A stretch of DNA of 64,000 bases from Prochlorococcus sp. AG-321-D23. Lineage in GTDB: Bacteria; Cyanobacteriota; Cyanobacteriia; PCC-6307; Cyanobiaceae. How positions within the stretch are numbered: the stretch's first letter is position 1; each line of letters opens with the position of its first letter. The translations under genes were made by a program, and so were the position numbers. The DNA is taken from NCBI GenBank assembly GCA_003283445.1, contig QBXG01000001.1:1587-65586 (forward strand), written 5' to 3'. Below the pieces are notes generated by a model. That model had not been told where the DNA came from and ran no database searches. It was given only the letters and a program-made list of their open reading frames with translations. Positions 26,092 through 35,286 of the stretch are shown here, in pieces.

Positions 26092-26225
26092 TCAAGCTTG
26101 CATAAACTTTTGGATTTAAGAAAGTAAATAATAAGTTCTCTTACAAAATCTAAACATTTATAAAACTTATATGAATGTTTAAAAACTTAAATGAGAATTA
26201 TAAAATTAATTTTCAAAATTTATTT

Positions 26226-26594
26226 TTAATTTCTATAGAAGGAATTACCTTGATTTATTTTTGATAGCCTCCAAACATTTCTAGCAATTTTTGTGGCTAA
26301 TAAGCCACCTCTTTCAAGTTTAGATTTACCTGGCTTTGCTCCAATTAAGATTGTTATCTCAGAGGTGGTTAAAGGAGCTCCAGTATTAAGTGCTAATTCG
26401 GTTAACTCTAGTCTGTCTCTAAGATTTTTTAGATTTGCTTTATCTGATTTATCATCTACTAACCAACTGAAAGATGGATCTTTTTGAGATAATTTTTGCA
26501 TTAAACTTAAGCTTACTAATCCAAGAGTCTGATCAGTGCTTAATTCATTTTCAGTACGAGAAGAATCTGGTCCTTTTTTTTGAGAATTCCCCAT
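26226..26594 (-). CDS. Conserved hypothetical protein divergent from csoS1D
   Basis: 122-aa ORF filling the gap; possible winged-helix-like C-terminal half. Confidence 0.65.
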   Translation of the reverse strand: MGNSQKKGPDSSRTENELSTDQTLGLVSLSLMQKLSQKDPSFSWLVDDKSDKANLKNLRDRLELTELALNTGAPLTTSEITILIGAKPGKSKLERGGLLATKIARNVWRLSKINQGNSFYRN

Positions 26595-26691
26595 AAATTT
26601 TCTTATCTTTAACTTGAAGTTATCGTTTTGTACGAAGCATGCAAGTAAATTTAATAGAAAAAAAGAACCATTATCCGTTATAGTCGCGTGA

Positions 26692-27462
26692 ATGGAACCA
26701 ACTTCTAGCTTAAATAGGGGAAATCGAAAAAAAGGGAGTTCTCTTGTAACTGGATCTGAGGTGCAATCTCAGGCTAATGGAGCTAGCTGTTTTATTACAA
26801 CTGACTCTGAAAAATCATTAGTTTCTAGACAAGCAAGTCAAGTTGAACAAATAGAATTGAGGACATATGTTTTTTTAGATTCTCTACAACCTCAGTTAGC
26901 CGCATATATGGGTACTGTAAGTAGAGGTTTTTTACCAATCCCTGGAGATTCCTGTTTATGGATGGAAGTATCTCCTGGAATGGCAGTTCATAGGGTTACC
27001 GATATTGCTTTAAAAGCAAGCAATGTAAGACTAGGTCAGATGATTGTTGAAAGAGCTTTTGGCTCTTTAGCTCTTTATCACAAAGATCAGAGTACTGTTT
27101 TGCATTCTGGAGATGTGGTTTTGGATGCTATTGGGAGTGAAGTGAGCAAAAGAACAAAACCATCGACAAGCTGGACAGAAGTTATTCGTGCAATAACACC
27201 TGATCATGCAGTATTAATTAATAGGCAAAATAGAAGTGGATCTATGATTCAATCTGGAATGAGCATGTTTATTTTAGAGACAGAACCCGCAGGATATGTA
27301 CTAAAGGCAGCTAATGAAGCAGAAAAGGCTTCTAATATAACCGTTGTAGATGTAAAAGCAGTTGGGGCTTTTGGAAGATTAACTCTTGCAGGAAAAGAAG
27401 GAGATGTAGAAGAAGCGGCTGCAGCTGCAATTAGAGCAATTGAACAAATATCAAATTATTAA
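26692..27462 (+). CDS. csoS1D: Tandem-BMC-domain carboxysome shell protein
   Basis: [33 protein letters not shown]; located next to the cso operon. Confidence 0.93.
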   Translation: MEPTSSLNRGNRKKGSSLVTGSEVQSQANGASCFITTDSEKSLVSRQASQVEQIELRTYVFLDSLQPQLAAYMGTVSRGFLPIPGDSCLWMEVSPGMAVHRVTDIALKASNVRLGQMIVERAFGSLALYHKDQSTVLHSGDVVLDAIGSEVSKRTKPSTSWTEVIRAITPDHAVLINRQNRSGSMIQSGMSMFILETEPAGYVLKAANEAEKASNITVVDVKAVGAFGRLTLAGKEGDVEEAAAAAIRAIEQISNY

Positions 27463-27474
27463 AAGATTTTTTAA

Positions 27475-28056
27475 TTACAAACCAATTTCTTTTTTTAAAA
27501 AAGGAGCAATATTTCTCGCAGCTTTCCCCCTGCTACCCAATTTACTTAATTGTGATTGATTGAGTTCACCATAAACGCAATTAGCTTCTTTAACCCAAAA
27601 AACAGATTCAAATTCTCCATTTGGATATTTTGGTTCCCTAAGAATTTCTCCCCAGCAGATGCCAGTTGAATCTTTTACGAGATTACCTTCAGGATCACAT
27701 AAAACCATACAACTAATAAATTTTGCACTTCTATAAGGCGTATCACTGAGCTCTTTAATTAACTTTTTAAGTTTCTCAACATTAGTTTTTGCATATCTAG
27801 CAGAATAGATGCCTGGTCGCCCATCTAAAAAATCTACCTCTAACCCCGAGTCGTCTGCTAATGACCAGGTTTTCGTCGCTAAGGAAGCTGCTTTAGCTTT
27901 TAATAAAGCATTATCAAAATAAGTCGCGCCTGTTTCTTCTACATTTAAATCGTCTGGCTGTTTTTCGACTTTTAAAGATAAAACATCAAGCATCTCAGAA
28001 ATCTCAGATACTTTCTTCTGATTTCCACTCGCAATAGTAAGGGTGGGAATATTCAA
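27475..28056 (-). CDS. rdgB: Non-canonical purine NTP pyrophosphatase (HAM1/RdgB family)
   Basis: ASGNQKK, EETG..Y..NA..KA, ADDSGLEV, PGIYSARY. Confidence 0.88.
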   Translation of the reverse strand: MNIPTLTIASGNQKKVSEISEMLDVLSLKVEKQPDDLNVEETGATYFDNALLKAKAASLATKTWSLADDSGLEVDFLDGRPGIYSARYAKTNVEKLKKLIKELSDTPYRSAKFISCMVLCDPEGNLVKDSTGICWGEILREPKYPNGEFESVFWVKEANCVYGELNQSQLSKLGSRGKAARNIAPFLKKEIGL

Positions 28057-28099
28057 AATATATTTAAGTTAGTGGGTTTATAATCTTACTTTAAAGTGT

Positions 28100-28160
28100 G
28101 ATACAGAGACAGGTAAGGTTGAACATTCCACACCTGAGTAGACAGGGCCTGTCTCGTACG
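28100..28160 (-). ncRNA. Candidate structured small RNA or leader with 14-nt complementarity to the csoS1 5' UTR
   Basis: Stem GAGACAGG (28106-28113) / CCTGTCTC (28148-28155). The interior carries TTGAACATTCCACA, identical to 28351-28364. Strand inferred from G-U wobbles and the upstream promoter; no expression evidence. Confidence 0.5.
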
Positions 28161-28165
28161 GAAAT

Positions 28166-28194
28166 AACATAATGTAAATTTTTTCTTAACACAA
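28166..28194 (-). promoter_or_regulatory. Putative sigma70 promoter pointing into the stem-loop element and rdgB
   Basis: Minus strand TTGTGT-N17-TATGTT; predicted start ~28159-28160 at the foot of the stem. Confidence 0.45.
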
Positions 28195-28255
28195 GAGTAT
28201 GTTTTGATGCTCTAACTAATTTCCATAAGTAATGACATATCAATAATACCAAGGG

Positions 28256-28274
28256 TGATAAGTTTAACTTATCA
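28256..28274. promoter_or_regulatory. Perfect palindrome, LysR/CbbR(RbcR)-type operator candidate
   Basis: TGATAAGTT-T-AACTTATCA; contains T-N11-A; upstream of the cso promoter. Confidence 0.6.
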
Positions 28275-28315
28275 ATGATACAAAAAACATTAATAGACTT
28301 TTTAGTGTAAAACGC

Positions 28316-28345
28316 TTGACTTATCAGTACCTAATGGACCATTCT
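28316..28345 (+). promoter_or_regulatory. Putative cso operon promoter
   Basis: TTGACT (28316-28321)-N18-CATTCT (28340-28345); predicted TSS ~28352. Confidence 0.5.
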
Positions 28346-28382
28346 TCCAATTGAACATTCCACATTTAGTAATTAGTAGGCA

Positions 28383-28694
28383 ATGGCTACAGAAACAATG
28401 GGTATCGCTCTCGGCATGATCGAGACACGCGGACTTGTACCTGCAATCGAAGCAGCAGACGCAATGACCAAGGCAGCAGAAGTTCGTCTTATTGGTCGTG
28501 AATTCGTAGGTGGCGGTTATGTCACAGTTTTAGTTAGAGGAGAAACTGGTGCAGTTAATGCAGCAGTAAGAGCTGGAGCTGATGCTTGTGAGAGAGTTGG
28601 CGACGGTCTTGTTGCTGCTCACATTATTGCTCGTCCTCATAGAGAAGTTGAACCTGCTCTTGGTAATGGCGATTTCCTTGGTCAAAAGGACTAA
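28383..28694 (+). CDS. csoS1: Carboxysome major shell protein
   Basis: ALGMIETRGLVPAIEAADAMTKAA, RGETGAV, IIARPH. Confidence 0.98.
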   Translation: MATETMGIALGMIETRGLVPAIEAADAMTKAAEVRLIGREFVGGGYVTVLVRGETGAVNAAVRAGADACERVGDGLVAAHIIARPHREVEPALGNGDFLGQKD

Positions 28695-28764
28695 TTAGCT
28701 AGTGCAAAATTCTTTGATTTTTGCAAAGTAATTATTTTCCCTACACAGACCTAAATTTATCGTT

Positions 28765-30180
28765 ATGAGTAAGAAGTATGACGCTGGGGTAAAGGAGTAC
28801 AGAGATACCTACTGGACTCCTGAATATGTCCCCTTAGACACTGATTTATTAGCCTGTTTCAAATGTACAGGCCAAGAAGGTGTCCCCAGAGAAGAAGTTG
28901 CAGCAGCTGTTGCAGCTGAATCCTCAACAGGAACTTGGTCAACAGTTTGGTCCGAGCTTCTGACAGACCTTGAATTTTACAAGGGACGTTGTTATCGGAT
29001 AGAAGATGTTCCTGGAGATCCAGAAGCTTTTTATGCATTTATTGCATATCCTCTAGATCTATTCGAAGAAGGTTCAATTACAAACGTATTGACATCTTTA
29101 GTAGGAAACGTTTTTGGATTTAAAGCTTTAAGACATCTTCGTCTTGAAGATATTAGATTCCCAATCGCTTTTATTAAAACTTGTGGTGGACCACCTAACG
29201 GAATAGTTGTTGAAAGAGACCGTCTTAATAAGTATGGAAGACCTCTTCTTGGTTGTACCATTAAGCCTAAATTAGGATTATCTGGTAAGAACTACGGTCG
29301 GGTTGTATATGAATGTCTTAGAGGTGGTCTTGATCTGACTAAAGATGATGAGAATATTAATTCTCAGCCATTCCAACGTTGGAGAGAAAGATTTGAGTTT
29401 GTTGCCGAGGCAGTAAAACTTGCTCAGCAAGAAACTGGAGAAGTCAAAGGGCATTACTTAAATTGCACCGCGAATACTCCTGAAGAATTATACGAACGTG
29501 CAGAGTTTGCTAAAGAACTTGATATGCCAATCATCATGCATGATTACATAACTGGTGGATTTACAGCAAATACTGGACTAGCTAACTGGTGTCGCAAAAA
29601 TGGCATGCTTCTGCATATACACAGAGCTATGCATGCTGTTATTGATAGACATCCAAAGCATGGTATCCATTTCAGAGTTTTAGCAAAATGTTTGAGACTA
29701 TCTGGTGGAGATCAGTTACACACTGGAACCGTTGTTGGAAAACTAGAAGGTGACCGTCAAACTACCCTTGGTTACATTGATAACTTAAGAGAATCATTTG
29801 TTCCTGAAGATAGATCAAGAGGTAATTTCTTTGATCAGGATTGGGGGTCAATGCCTGGAGTTTTTGCTGTTGCATCCGGTGGTATCCATGTTTGGCACAT
29901 GCCAGCACTACTTGCAATATTTGGAGATGATTCTTGTCTCCAATTCGGTGGAGGAACTCATGGTCACCCATGGGGTTCAGCTGCCGGAGCCGCTGCAAAC
30001 CGAGTAGCATTAGAAGCTTGCGTGAAAGCACGTAATGCAGGTCGCGAAATCGAAAAAGAGAGTAGAGACATTCTAATGGAGGCTGCAAAGCATAGTCCTG
30101 AATTAGCTATTGCACTCGAAACTTGGAAAGAAATCAAGTTTGAGTTTGATACTGTCGATAAGCTCGACGTTCAAGGTTAA
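28765..30180 (+). CDS. rbcL: Rubisco form IA large subunit
   Basis: [39 protein letters not shown]. Confidence 0.99.
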
Positions 30181-30196
30181 CTTGGAATACAAGCTA

Positions 30197-30219
30197 GAGG
30201 AGAAAAATAATTTCTCCTC
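30197..30219 (+). terminator. Intercistronic stem-loop between rbcL and rbcS
   Basis: GAGGAGAAA-aataa-TTTCTCCTC perfect 9-bp stem. No U-tract, so possibly a stability or processing element. Confidence 0.55.
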
Positions 30220-30270
30220 AATTACAAAAAACTCGTTTTTACGAGAATTTCATTCACAAATCATTTAATT

Positions 30271-30612
30271 ATGCCTTTCCAGAGCACAGTTGGTGACTAT
30301 CAAACAGTTGCCACCCTGGAAACATTCGGTTTTTTACCACCGATGACCCAGGAAGAAATATACGATCAAATTGCCTACATTATTGCTCAAGGATGGAGTC
30401 CTGTTATTGAGCATGTACATCCAACTGGAAGTATGCAATCCTATTGGTCTTATTGGAAGCTCCCTTTCTTTGGGGAAAAAGATCTCAACTTGATTGTTAG
30501 TGAGTTAGAGGCATGCCATAGAGCATATCCTGATCATCATGTAAGAATCATTGGTTACGATGCTTACACACAAAGCCAAGGTACAGCTTTTGTAGTTTTC
30601 CAGGGACGCTAA
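30271..30612 (+). CDS. rbcS: Rubisco small subunit
   Basis: ETFGFLPP, YWSYWKLPFF, HVRIIGYD. Confidence 0.99.
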   Translation: MPFQSTVGDYQTVATLETFGFLPPMTQEEIYDQIAYIIAQGWSPVIEHVHPTGSMQSYWSYWKLPFFGEKDLNLIVSELEACHRAYPDHHVRIIGYDAYTQSQGTAFVVFQGR

Positions 30613-30634
30613 ACCCTTATTTAGTTAAAAATAT

Positions 30635-30671
30635 CTTTCTCCTTTTAAAATTAATTTTTTATGGGAGAAAG
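30635..30671 (+). terminator. Stem-loop between rbcS and csoS2
   Basis: CTTTCTCC (30635-30642) pairs with GGAGAAAG (30664-30671), followed by TTTT. Confidence 0.5.
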
Positions 30672-30700
30672 TTTTCAAAAGAGTTTTTCAATTGAAGATT

Positions 30701-32974
30701 ATGTCAACAAAAACTAGTAGAGAGATTGCTTTAGATAGAAGAAAAGCCATGAGTGATGGTGGTAAAAAAGCTGCATTCAATTCTTCTTCAACTCAAGACA
30801 GAGTCCGATCATCTCAAGATATAAAAATTTTAGGAACAAAATCTTCTGGTGCAGGAAATACTACCAAATCAAGTAAAAAACAAATACCAGTTATCTCCAC
30901 TTCTTCAAATCTATCGAATAAAGAGTTGGTCATTGAGAGAAGAAAAGCAATGTCAACTCATGGAAAATCTGCTATTAAATCCTCTGATAGGACTCGTACT
31001 GAAATTAATAATTCATCAAAAGTAATCCCAGTCGGAGATATTAAAAAGGGAGATGTTTCTAAGAAAAAAGATATTGTAATCCCAGAAAATCATAATGTTC
31101 ATAAAAATATCAAAAGAAGAGTAAGTCAAAAAAGAAAACCAATCACAAATACAAGTAGGGATATTGTTTTGGCTCGAAGAGAAGCACAATCTAAGCATGG
31201 AAAATCTGCTTCTAAACAAAATAATAGTGCTGCTTCTTTAGCAAGAAGAGGAGATCCAGATTTGTCTAGTAGAGAAATTTCTCAAAGAGTGAGAGAACTT
31301 AGAAGTAGAACTGGTGATAAATCTAAAAATGGAAATGGTAAATGTAGACCATGTGGCCCTAATAAAAATGGATCTAAAATGACTATTGCTGATGCGAGTT
31401 GGAAAGTTGGTAAAAGTGAAACCAATTCAGGACAAGTAGTTACAGGAACACAAGCCAACAGATCACAAAAAACCACTGGAAATGAAGCAAGTACATGTAG
31501 AAGTGTTACTGGGACGCAATACTTAGGTGCAGAGGTTACAAACGAATTCTGTAAAAATAAACCTGAATACAAGCAACCTGTTAGAGCTTCTGTTACATCA
31601 ACATCTTCTGGTAATAAAGTTACAGGAAATGAGGTTGGTAGATCTGAAAAGGTTACTGGCGATGAACCAGGAACTTGCAAAAATGTAACTGGCACTGAAT
31701 ATACTTCTGCAAATCAATCTAGTAAATATTGTGGAGAAGTACCTAAAAATCCATCCAAGGTAAAGCAAAGTAATACTATTGATGGATTAAAAGTTTCTGG
31801 TTCTTTGCCCGGTAGATCATCATTAGTGACTGGCGATGAGTCTGGATCTGGGCATAAATTAACTGGTGATCAATATCTTGGTTCAGAACCAAATCCTAAA
31901 GGGAGATCTACTGAGAAAGTTGGCGATTACAATACATTAAATGGGAATGCTTTAACTGGCACTGGTGTTGGAAGATCTGAATTTGTTACTGGGAATGAAC
32001 CCGGAAGTTGTAAAAATGTCACAGGTGATGAATACATTGGCTCGCAACAATATGAGACTTTTTGTAAATCTAAACCAAAACCTGAAGCTATGAAAGTTGG
32101 GATGAGTCTTTCAAATAATGCTAATGAGATTAGTGGCACGCTCACTGGAAGGTCTAATCAAGTTACTGGTGACGAGCCTGGTACTTGCAAAAATGTAACT
32201 GGTACTCCATACGCAGGATTAGAGGATATGGTAAATAATTGTGATTCTAATTTGGTTAATGAAACCAAAGGTAAAGGCAAGGTTTATTTGGGAGGCAGTT
32301 CAAATGCTCGTCTTACTGGACTACAGCCTGGTATTGGAGGTCATTTAACTGGAGCTGCTAAAGGTGCTTGCTCAAATCCAACAGGTACTCCTTATGTAGG
32401 AGGAGATCAATTAGGTGATAATTGCTCTAATCATTCTTCTGAGAATCATTACGCCAATAATGAAAGAAAAAATTTAAAAACATGGGAAGATTTTTCTGTA
32501 CATTCCCCTTCAAGAGATAGATACTCAGATAAAAAAAGAGAAGGAGTTACTGGTAATGAATATGAGAATGGTTCCAAAATTACTGGACCATTTGATATGG
32601 CTGTAGATAAAGTAACAGGGACTGAACAATTCAGATTTGATAAAAATAAAAACCACCTTTTAACTCCAAAAAAAGATTCAAAAAAGATTGATTCTGAGAA
32701 AGAAAGAGCGCAATCTAGAATTACAGGTGAAGGTCAATCTGCTGGATTGAATATTACAGGAGATGATTGGGATAGAGGAGATAGAGTAACAGGTACTGAG
32801 GGAGCTTCTGCTAGAAAAAGAAATCCTACAAGACCTGGAATGACAAGTGCAATGCCCGTAATGGATATCAAAAGAAATGATGAAATGAAAGAGCCTGATT
32901 TTCTCATCACTGGATCTAGTGGGAATACACGAGAAGGTCAACTTGTAACTTTCTCAGGTGGTGCAAGGGGTTAA
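30701..32974 (+). CDS. csoS2: Carboxysome scaffold protein CsoS2
   Basis: Four N-terminal R..RR/R.....G repeats, many [VIL][TS]G middle repeats, C-terminal VTFSGGARG. ATG 30701 preferred over TTG 30692. Confidence 0.96.
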   Translation: MSTKTSREIALDRRKAMSDGGKKAAFNSSSTQDRVRSSQDIKILGTKSSGAGNTTKSSKKQIPVISTSSNLSNKELVIERRKAMSTHGKSAIKSSDRTRTEINNSSKVIPVGDIKKGDVSKKKDIVIPENHNVHKNIKRRVSQKRKPITNTSRDIVLARREAQSKHGKSASKQNNSAASLARRGDPDLSSREISQRVRELRSRTGDKSKNGNGKCRPCGPNKNGSKMTIADASWKVGKSETNSGQVVTGTQANRSQKTTGNEASTCRSVTGTQYLGAEVTNEFCKNKPEYKQPVRASVTSTSSGNKVTGNEVGRSEKVTGDEPGTCKNVTGTEYTSANQSSKYCGEVPKNPSKVKQSNTIDGLKVSGSLPGRSSLVTGDESGSGHKLTGDQYLGSEPNPKGRSTEKVGDYNTLNGNALTGTGVGRSEFVTGNEPGSCKNVTGDEYIGSQQYETFCKSKPKPEAMKVGMSLSNNANEISGTLTGRSNQVTGDEPGTCKNVTGTPYAGLEDMVNNCDSNLVNETKGKGKVYLGGSSNARLTGLQPGIGGHLTGAAKGACSNPTGTPYVGGDQLGDNCSNHSSENHYANNERKNLKTWEDFSVHSPSRDRYSDKKREGVTGNEYENGSKITGPFDMAVDKVTGTEQFRFDKNKNHLLTPKKDSKKIDSEKERAQSRITGEGQSAGLNITGDDWDRGDRVTGTEGASARKRNPTRPGMTSAMPVMDIKRNDEMKEPDFLITGSSGNTREGQLVTFSGGARG

Positions 32975-32982
32975 TTAAATAA

Positions 32983-34512
32983 ATGCCTTTAAGAGGACTG
33001 GCCAAAAGCAAGAACTTTACATTGGGTCCTACGGCTCCGATGAAAACTTTTACAGAAAATATACATAAGCAAACTAATAATTTTAATAATCGAGTAAATA
33101 TCCAAAAGACTCATAATCTATCAGATGTTTTACAGAACGAAAAACTCTATCAATATGAAAGTCAGATAAAAGATAATTTTGATAATATCGTCCCAACCTT
33201 AAAAGAAATTGCTCGTATACAACACCATGATAATTTTATAAATACAGCTCAAAGCATTGCAAAAAATAATTTAAGTATAGACTTGCCTCTTCATATATTG
33301 GATAAATCTTGGGTTAAACCCATAGATATGAGAGCTTTATATGCTTGGTGTTCTTTTAAACAACATGAAAAATTAAGTGATGATTTTTTTGAAAAAGATC
33401 CTTTAGATGGAGCTAGTGGAGGAAAAAGCGCAAAAGAATTTGAAAAATTTATGTTGGATTGTGGTATACATTTATTGGACATAACTCCGTGTTCTGATGG
33501 CAGATTAGCTCATTCAGTTGCATATGTTATGAGAATTCCATTTAGCGCCGTTAGACGAAGATCTCATGCAGGAGCGCTTTTTGATATTGAAAATACTGTA
33601 AATAGATGGGTTAAGACGGAGCATAAAAGGTATAGAGAGAGCAACCCTAATGAAGCTCATAAAGATACAAGATATTTAAAAGTAGTTACTTATCATTTTA
33701 GTTCAGTTGATCCTTTGCATCAGGGATGTGCTGCTCATGGAAGTGATGATCAATTGGCTGCTAAAGAAGGTAGCAAAAAGTTACTTGCTTTTAGAGAGGC
33801 TGTTGAAAATAGTTTCTGTTGTGGTGCTTCAGTAGATCTTATGTTGATTGGCCTAGATACAGATACGGACTCGTTAAAAATTCATTTGACTACCAGCGAC
33901 GGTAATATAGATTTAGAAAAAACCATTTCAACTTTAGACATATATAATTCAACAATTAATTTTACAAAAGAAGAAGCTGAAAAAGAAATTAGTCAAATTA
34001 TCGATAGGAAATCTTCTAAGAACCAGCTAACAGGAATAAATAAATTTATTTTTAAATTAATAGTTAATAATATTTCCCAAATTGACTATGTAAGAAAATT
34101 TCATAAAGGTTCTTATAAAGATATTGGTCATGCTGAGAGATTTATTGGAGTTGGGATAGGCTTCAAAGAAGTACATTTAAGGAATTTAACTTATTTTGCC
34201 CATTTAGATACTGTTGAAGAAGGGGCTCCAGATTTAGATGTTGGAGTGAAAATTTTTAAGGGATTGAATGTCTCAAAGGATCTTCCAATACCAGTAGTAA
34301 TAAGATTTGATTACTCTGGCAAAGTACCAGGAGCAAAAGAAAGAGCAATAAATGATTGTAAGAGAGTAAATAATGCGATAACAATTAGATATAAAAATTT
34401 AGTTGATCAAGGTTTGCTGCATACTTGTCTTACTATTAGAGATAGAGACAATATACATTCCGCTCATATTATTGGAATGTCTTTTGATAAAAAATTAGAG
34501 GAGGCTCACTAG
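32983..34512 (+). CDS. csoSCA: Carboxysomal beta-carbonic anhydrase
   Basis: PCSDGRL, HFS...GCAAH zinc ligands; position in the cso operon. Confidence 0.96.
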   Translation: MPLRGLAKSKNFTLGPTAPMKTFTENIHKQTNNFNNRVNIQKTHNLSDVLQNEKLYQYESQIKDNFDNIVPTLKEIARIQHHDNFINTAQSIAKNNLSIDLPLHILDKSWVKPIDMRALYAWCSFKQHEKLSDDFFEKDPLDGASGGKSAKEFEKFMLDCGIHLLDITPCSDGRLAHSVAYVMRIPFSAVRRRSHAGALFDIENTVNRWVKTEHKRYRESNPNEAHKDTRYLKVVTYHFSSVDPLHQGCAAHGSDDQLAAKEGSKKLLAFREAVENSFCCGASVDLMLIGLDTDTDSLKIHLTTSDGNIDLEKTISTLDIYNSTINFTKEEAEKEISQIIDRKSSKNQLTGINKFIFKLIVNNISQIDYVRKFHKGSYKDIGHAERFIGVGIGFKEVHLRNLTYFAHLDTVEEGAPDLDVGVKIFKGLNVSKDLPIPVVIRFDYSGKVPGAKERAINDCKRVNNAITIRYKNLVDQGLLHTCLTIRDRDNIHSAHIIGMSFDKKLEEAH

Positions 34513-34514
34513 TT

Positions 34515-34781
34515 ATGCTTATTTGTAAGGTGGTTAAACCACTTGTATCAACCAATAGAATTCCTGGATTTGAACATAGACATTTACAAGTAGTTTTAGA
34601 TGGTTCATCACAAAAAGTCGCTGTTGACTCTGTTGGTTGTAAACCAGGGGATTGGGTTATTTGTGTGGGTAGTTCAGCTGCAAGAGAGGCTGCAGGAAGT
34701 AAATCATATCCAAGTGATCTAACAATTGTTGGAATAATTGATCACTGGGATCCTGATAGTACAAAACAAATTGAGGTATAG
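34515..34781 (+). CDS. csoS4A: Carboxysome pentamer vertex protein A
   Basis: LVSTNRI, VAVD.VG..PGDWV, GSSAAREA, DLTIVGIID. Confidence 0.93.
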   Translation: MLICKVVKPLVSTNRIPGFEHRHLQVVLDGSSQKVAVDSVGCKPGDWVICVGSSAAREAAGSKSYPSDLTIVGIIDHWDPDSTKQIEV

Positions 34782-34786
34782 AAATT

Positions 34787-35035
34787 TTGGAAATAATGAA
34801 GGTATGTGGAAGAATGGTATGCACTCAACGAGTAGCAGGCTTGGGATACATGAATTTGAGGATTTTAGAAAATAATAAAGGTAAAAAAGTTGTAGCAGTT
34901 GATCCTGTTGGAGCTAGAGAAGGTAACTGGGTTTTTACTGCTAGTGGCTCAGCAGCAAGGTTTGCTTGTCCCAATCCAGAAGTCCAAACTGATTTAACTA
35001 TTGGCGGAATAATTGATTATTGGGAATCTAATTAA
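34787..35035 (+). CDS. csoS4B: Carboxysome pentamer vertex protein B
   Basis: VCTQRVAGL, VAVDPVGAREGNWV, SGSAARFA, DLTIGGIID. Confidence 0.93.
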   Translation: MEIMKVCGRMVCTQRVAGLGYMNLRILENNKGKKVVAVDPVGAREGNWVFTASGSAARFACPNPEVQTDLTIGGIIDYWESN

Positions 35036-35041
35036 AAATTA

Positions 35042-35281
35042 ATGTGGAATCAAAGGGAGTCGCCTTCAAGAATTGAAAAAAGATTTGAGTTTGAAGAGTA
35101 TCAAAGAATTAGTATATTTTTAAAAAAAATAGATGAATTATGTAAAGAAAAAAATATATATCCCAATATTAGTTTTGGCAAGAATTTTGTTAGTGTATCT
35201 ATCTTTTTAGATTCTGAGGAAATACCAAGTAATGAAAAAGAATTTTCTATAAAAATAGATAATTTCTTTTTAGAAAAATAA
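35042..35281 (+). CDS. Pterin-4a-carbinolamine dehydratase-like protein (acRAF/Raf2-type Rubisco assembly factor)
   Basis: W...IEKRFEF..Y...FL..I..L.....YPNISF PCD-like pattern lacking the HHP catalytic motif; last gene of the cso operon. Confidence 0.75.
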   Translation: MWNQRESPSRIEKRFEFEEYQRISIFLKKIDELCKEKNIYPNISFGKNFVSVSIFLDSEEIPSNEKEFSIKIDNFFLEK

Positions 35282-35286
35282 TGTGT

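Noticed and set aside
30701-32974. Repeats in csoS2 as a novel repeat array, or a programmed -1 frameshift
   Set aside because: These are the known CsoS2 N- and M-region protein repeats. I did not spot the CCCAAAG slippery site described for Halothiobacillus.
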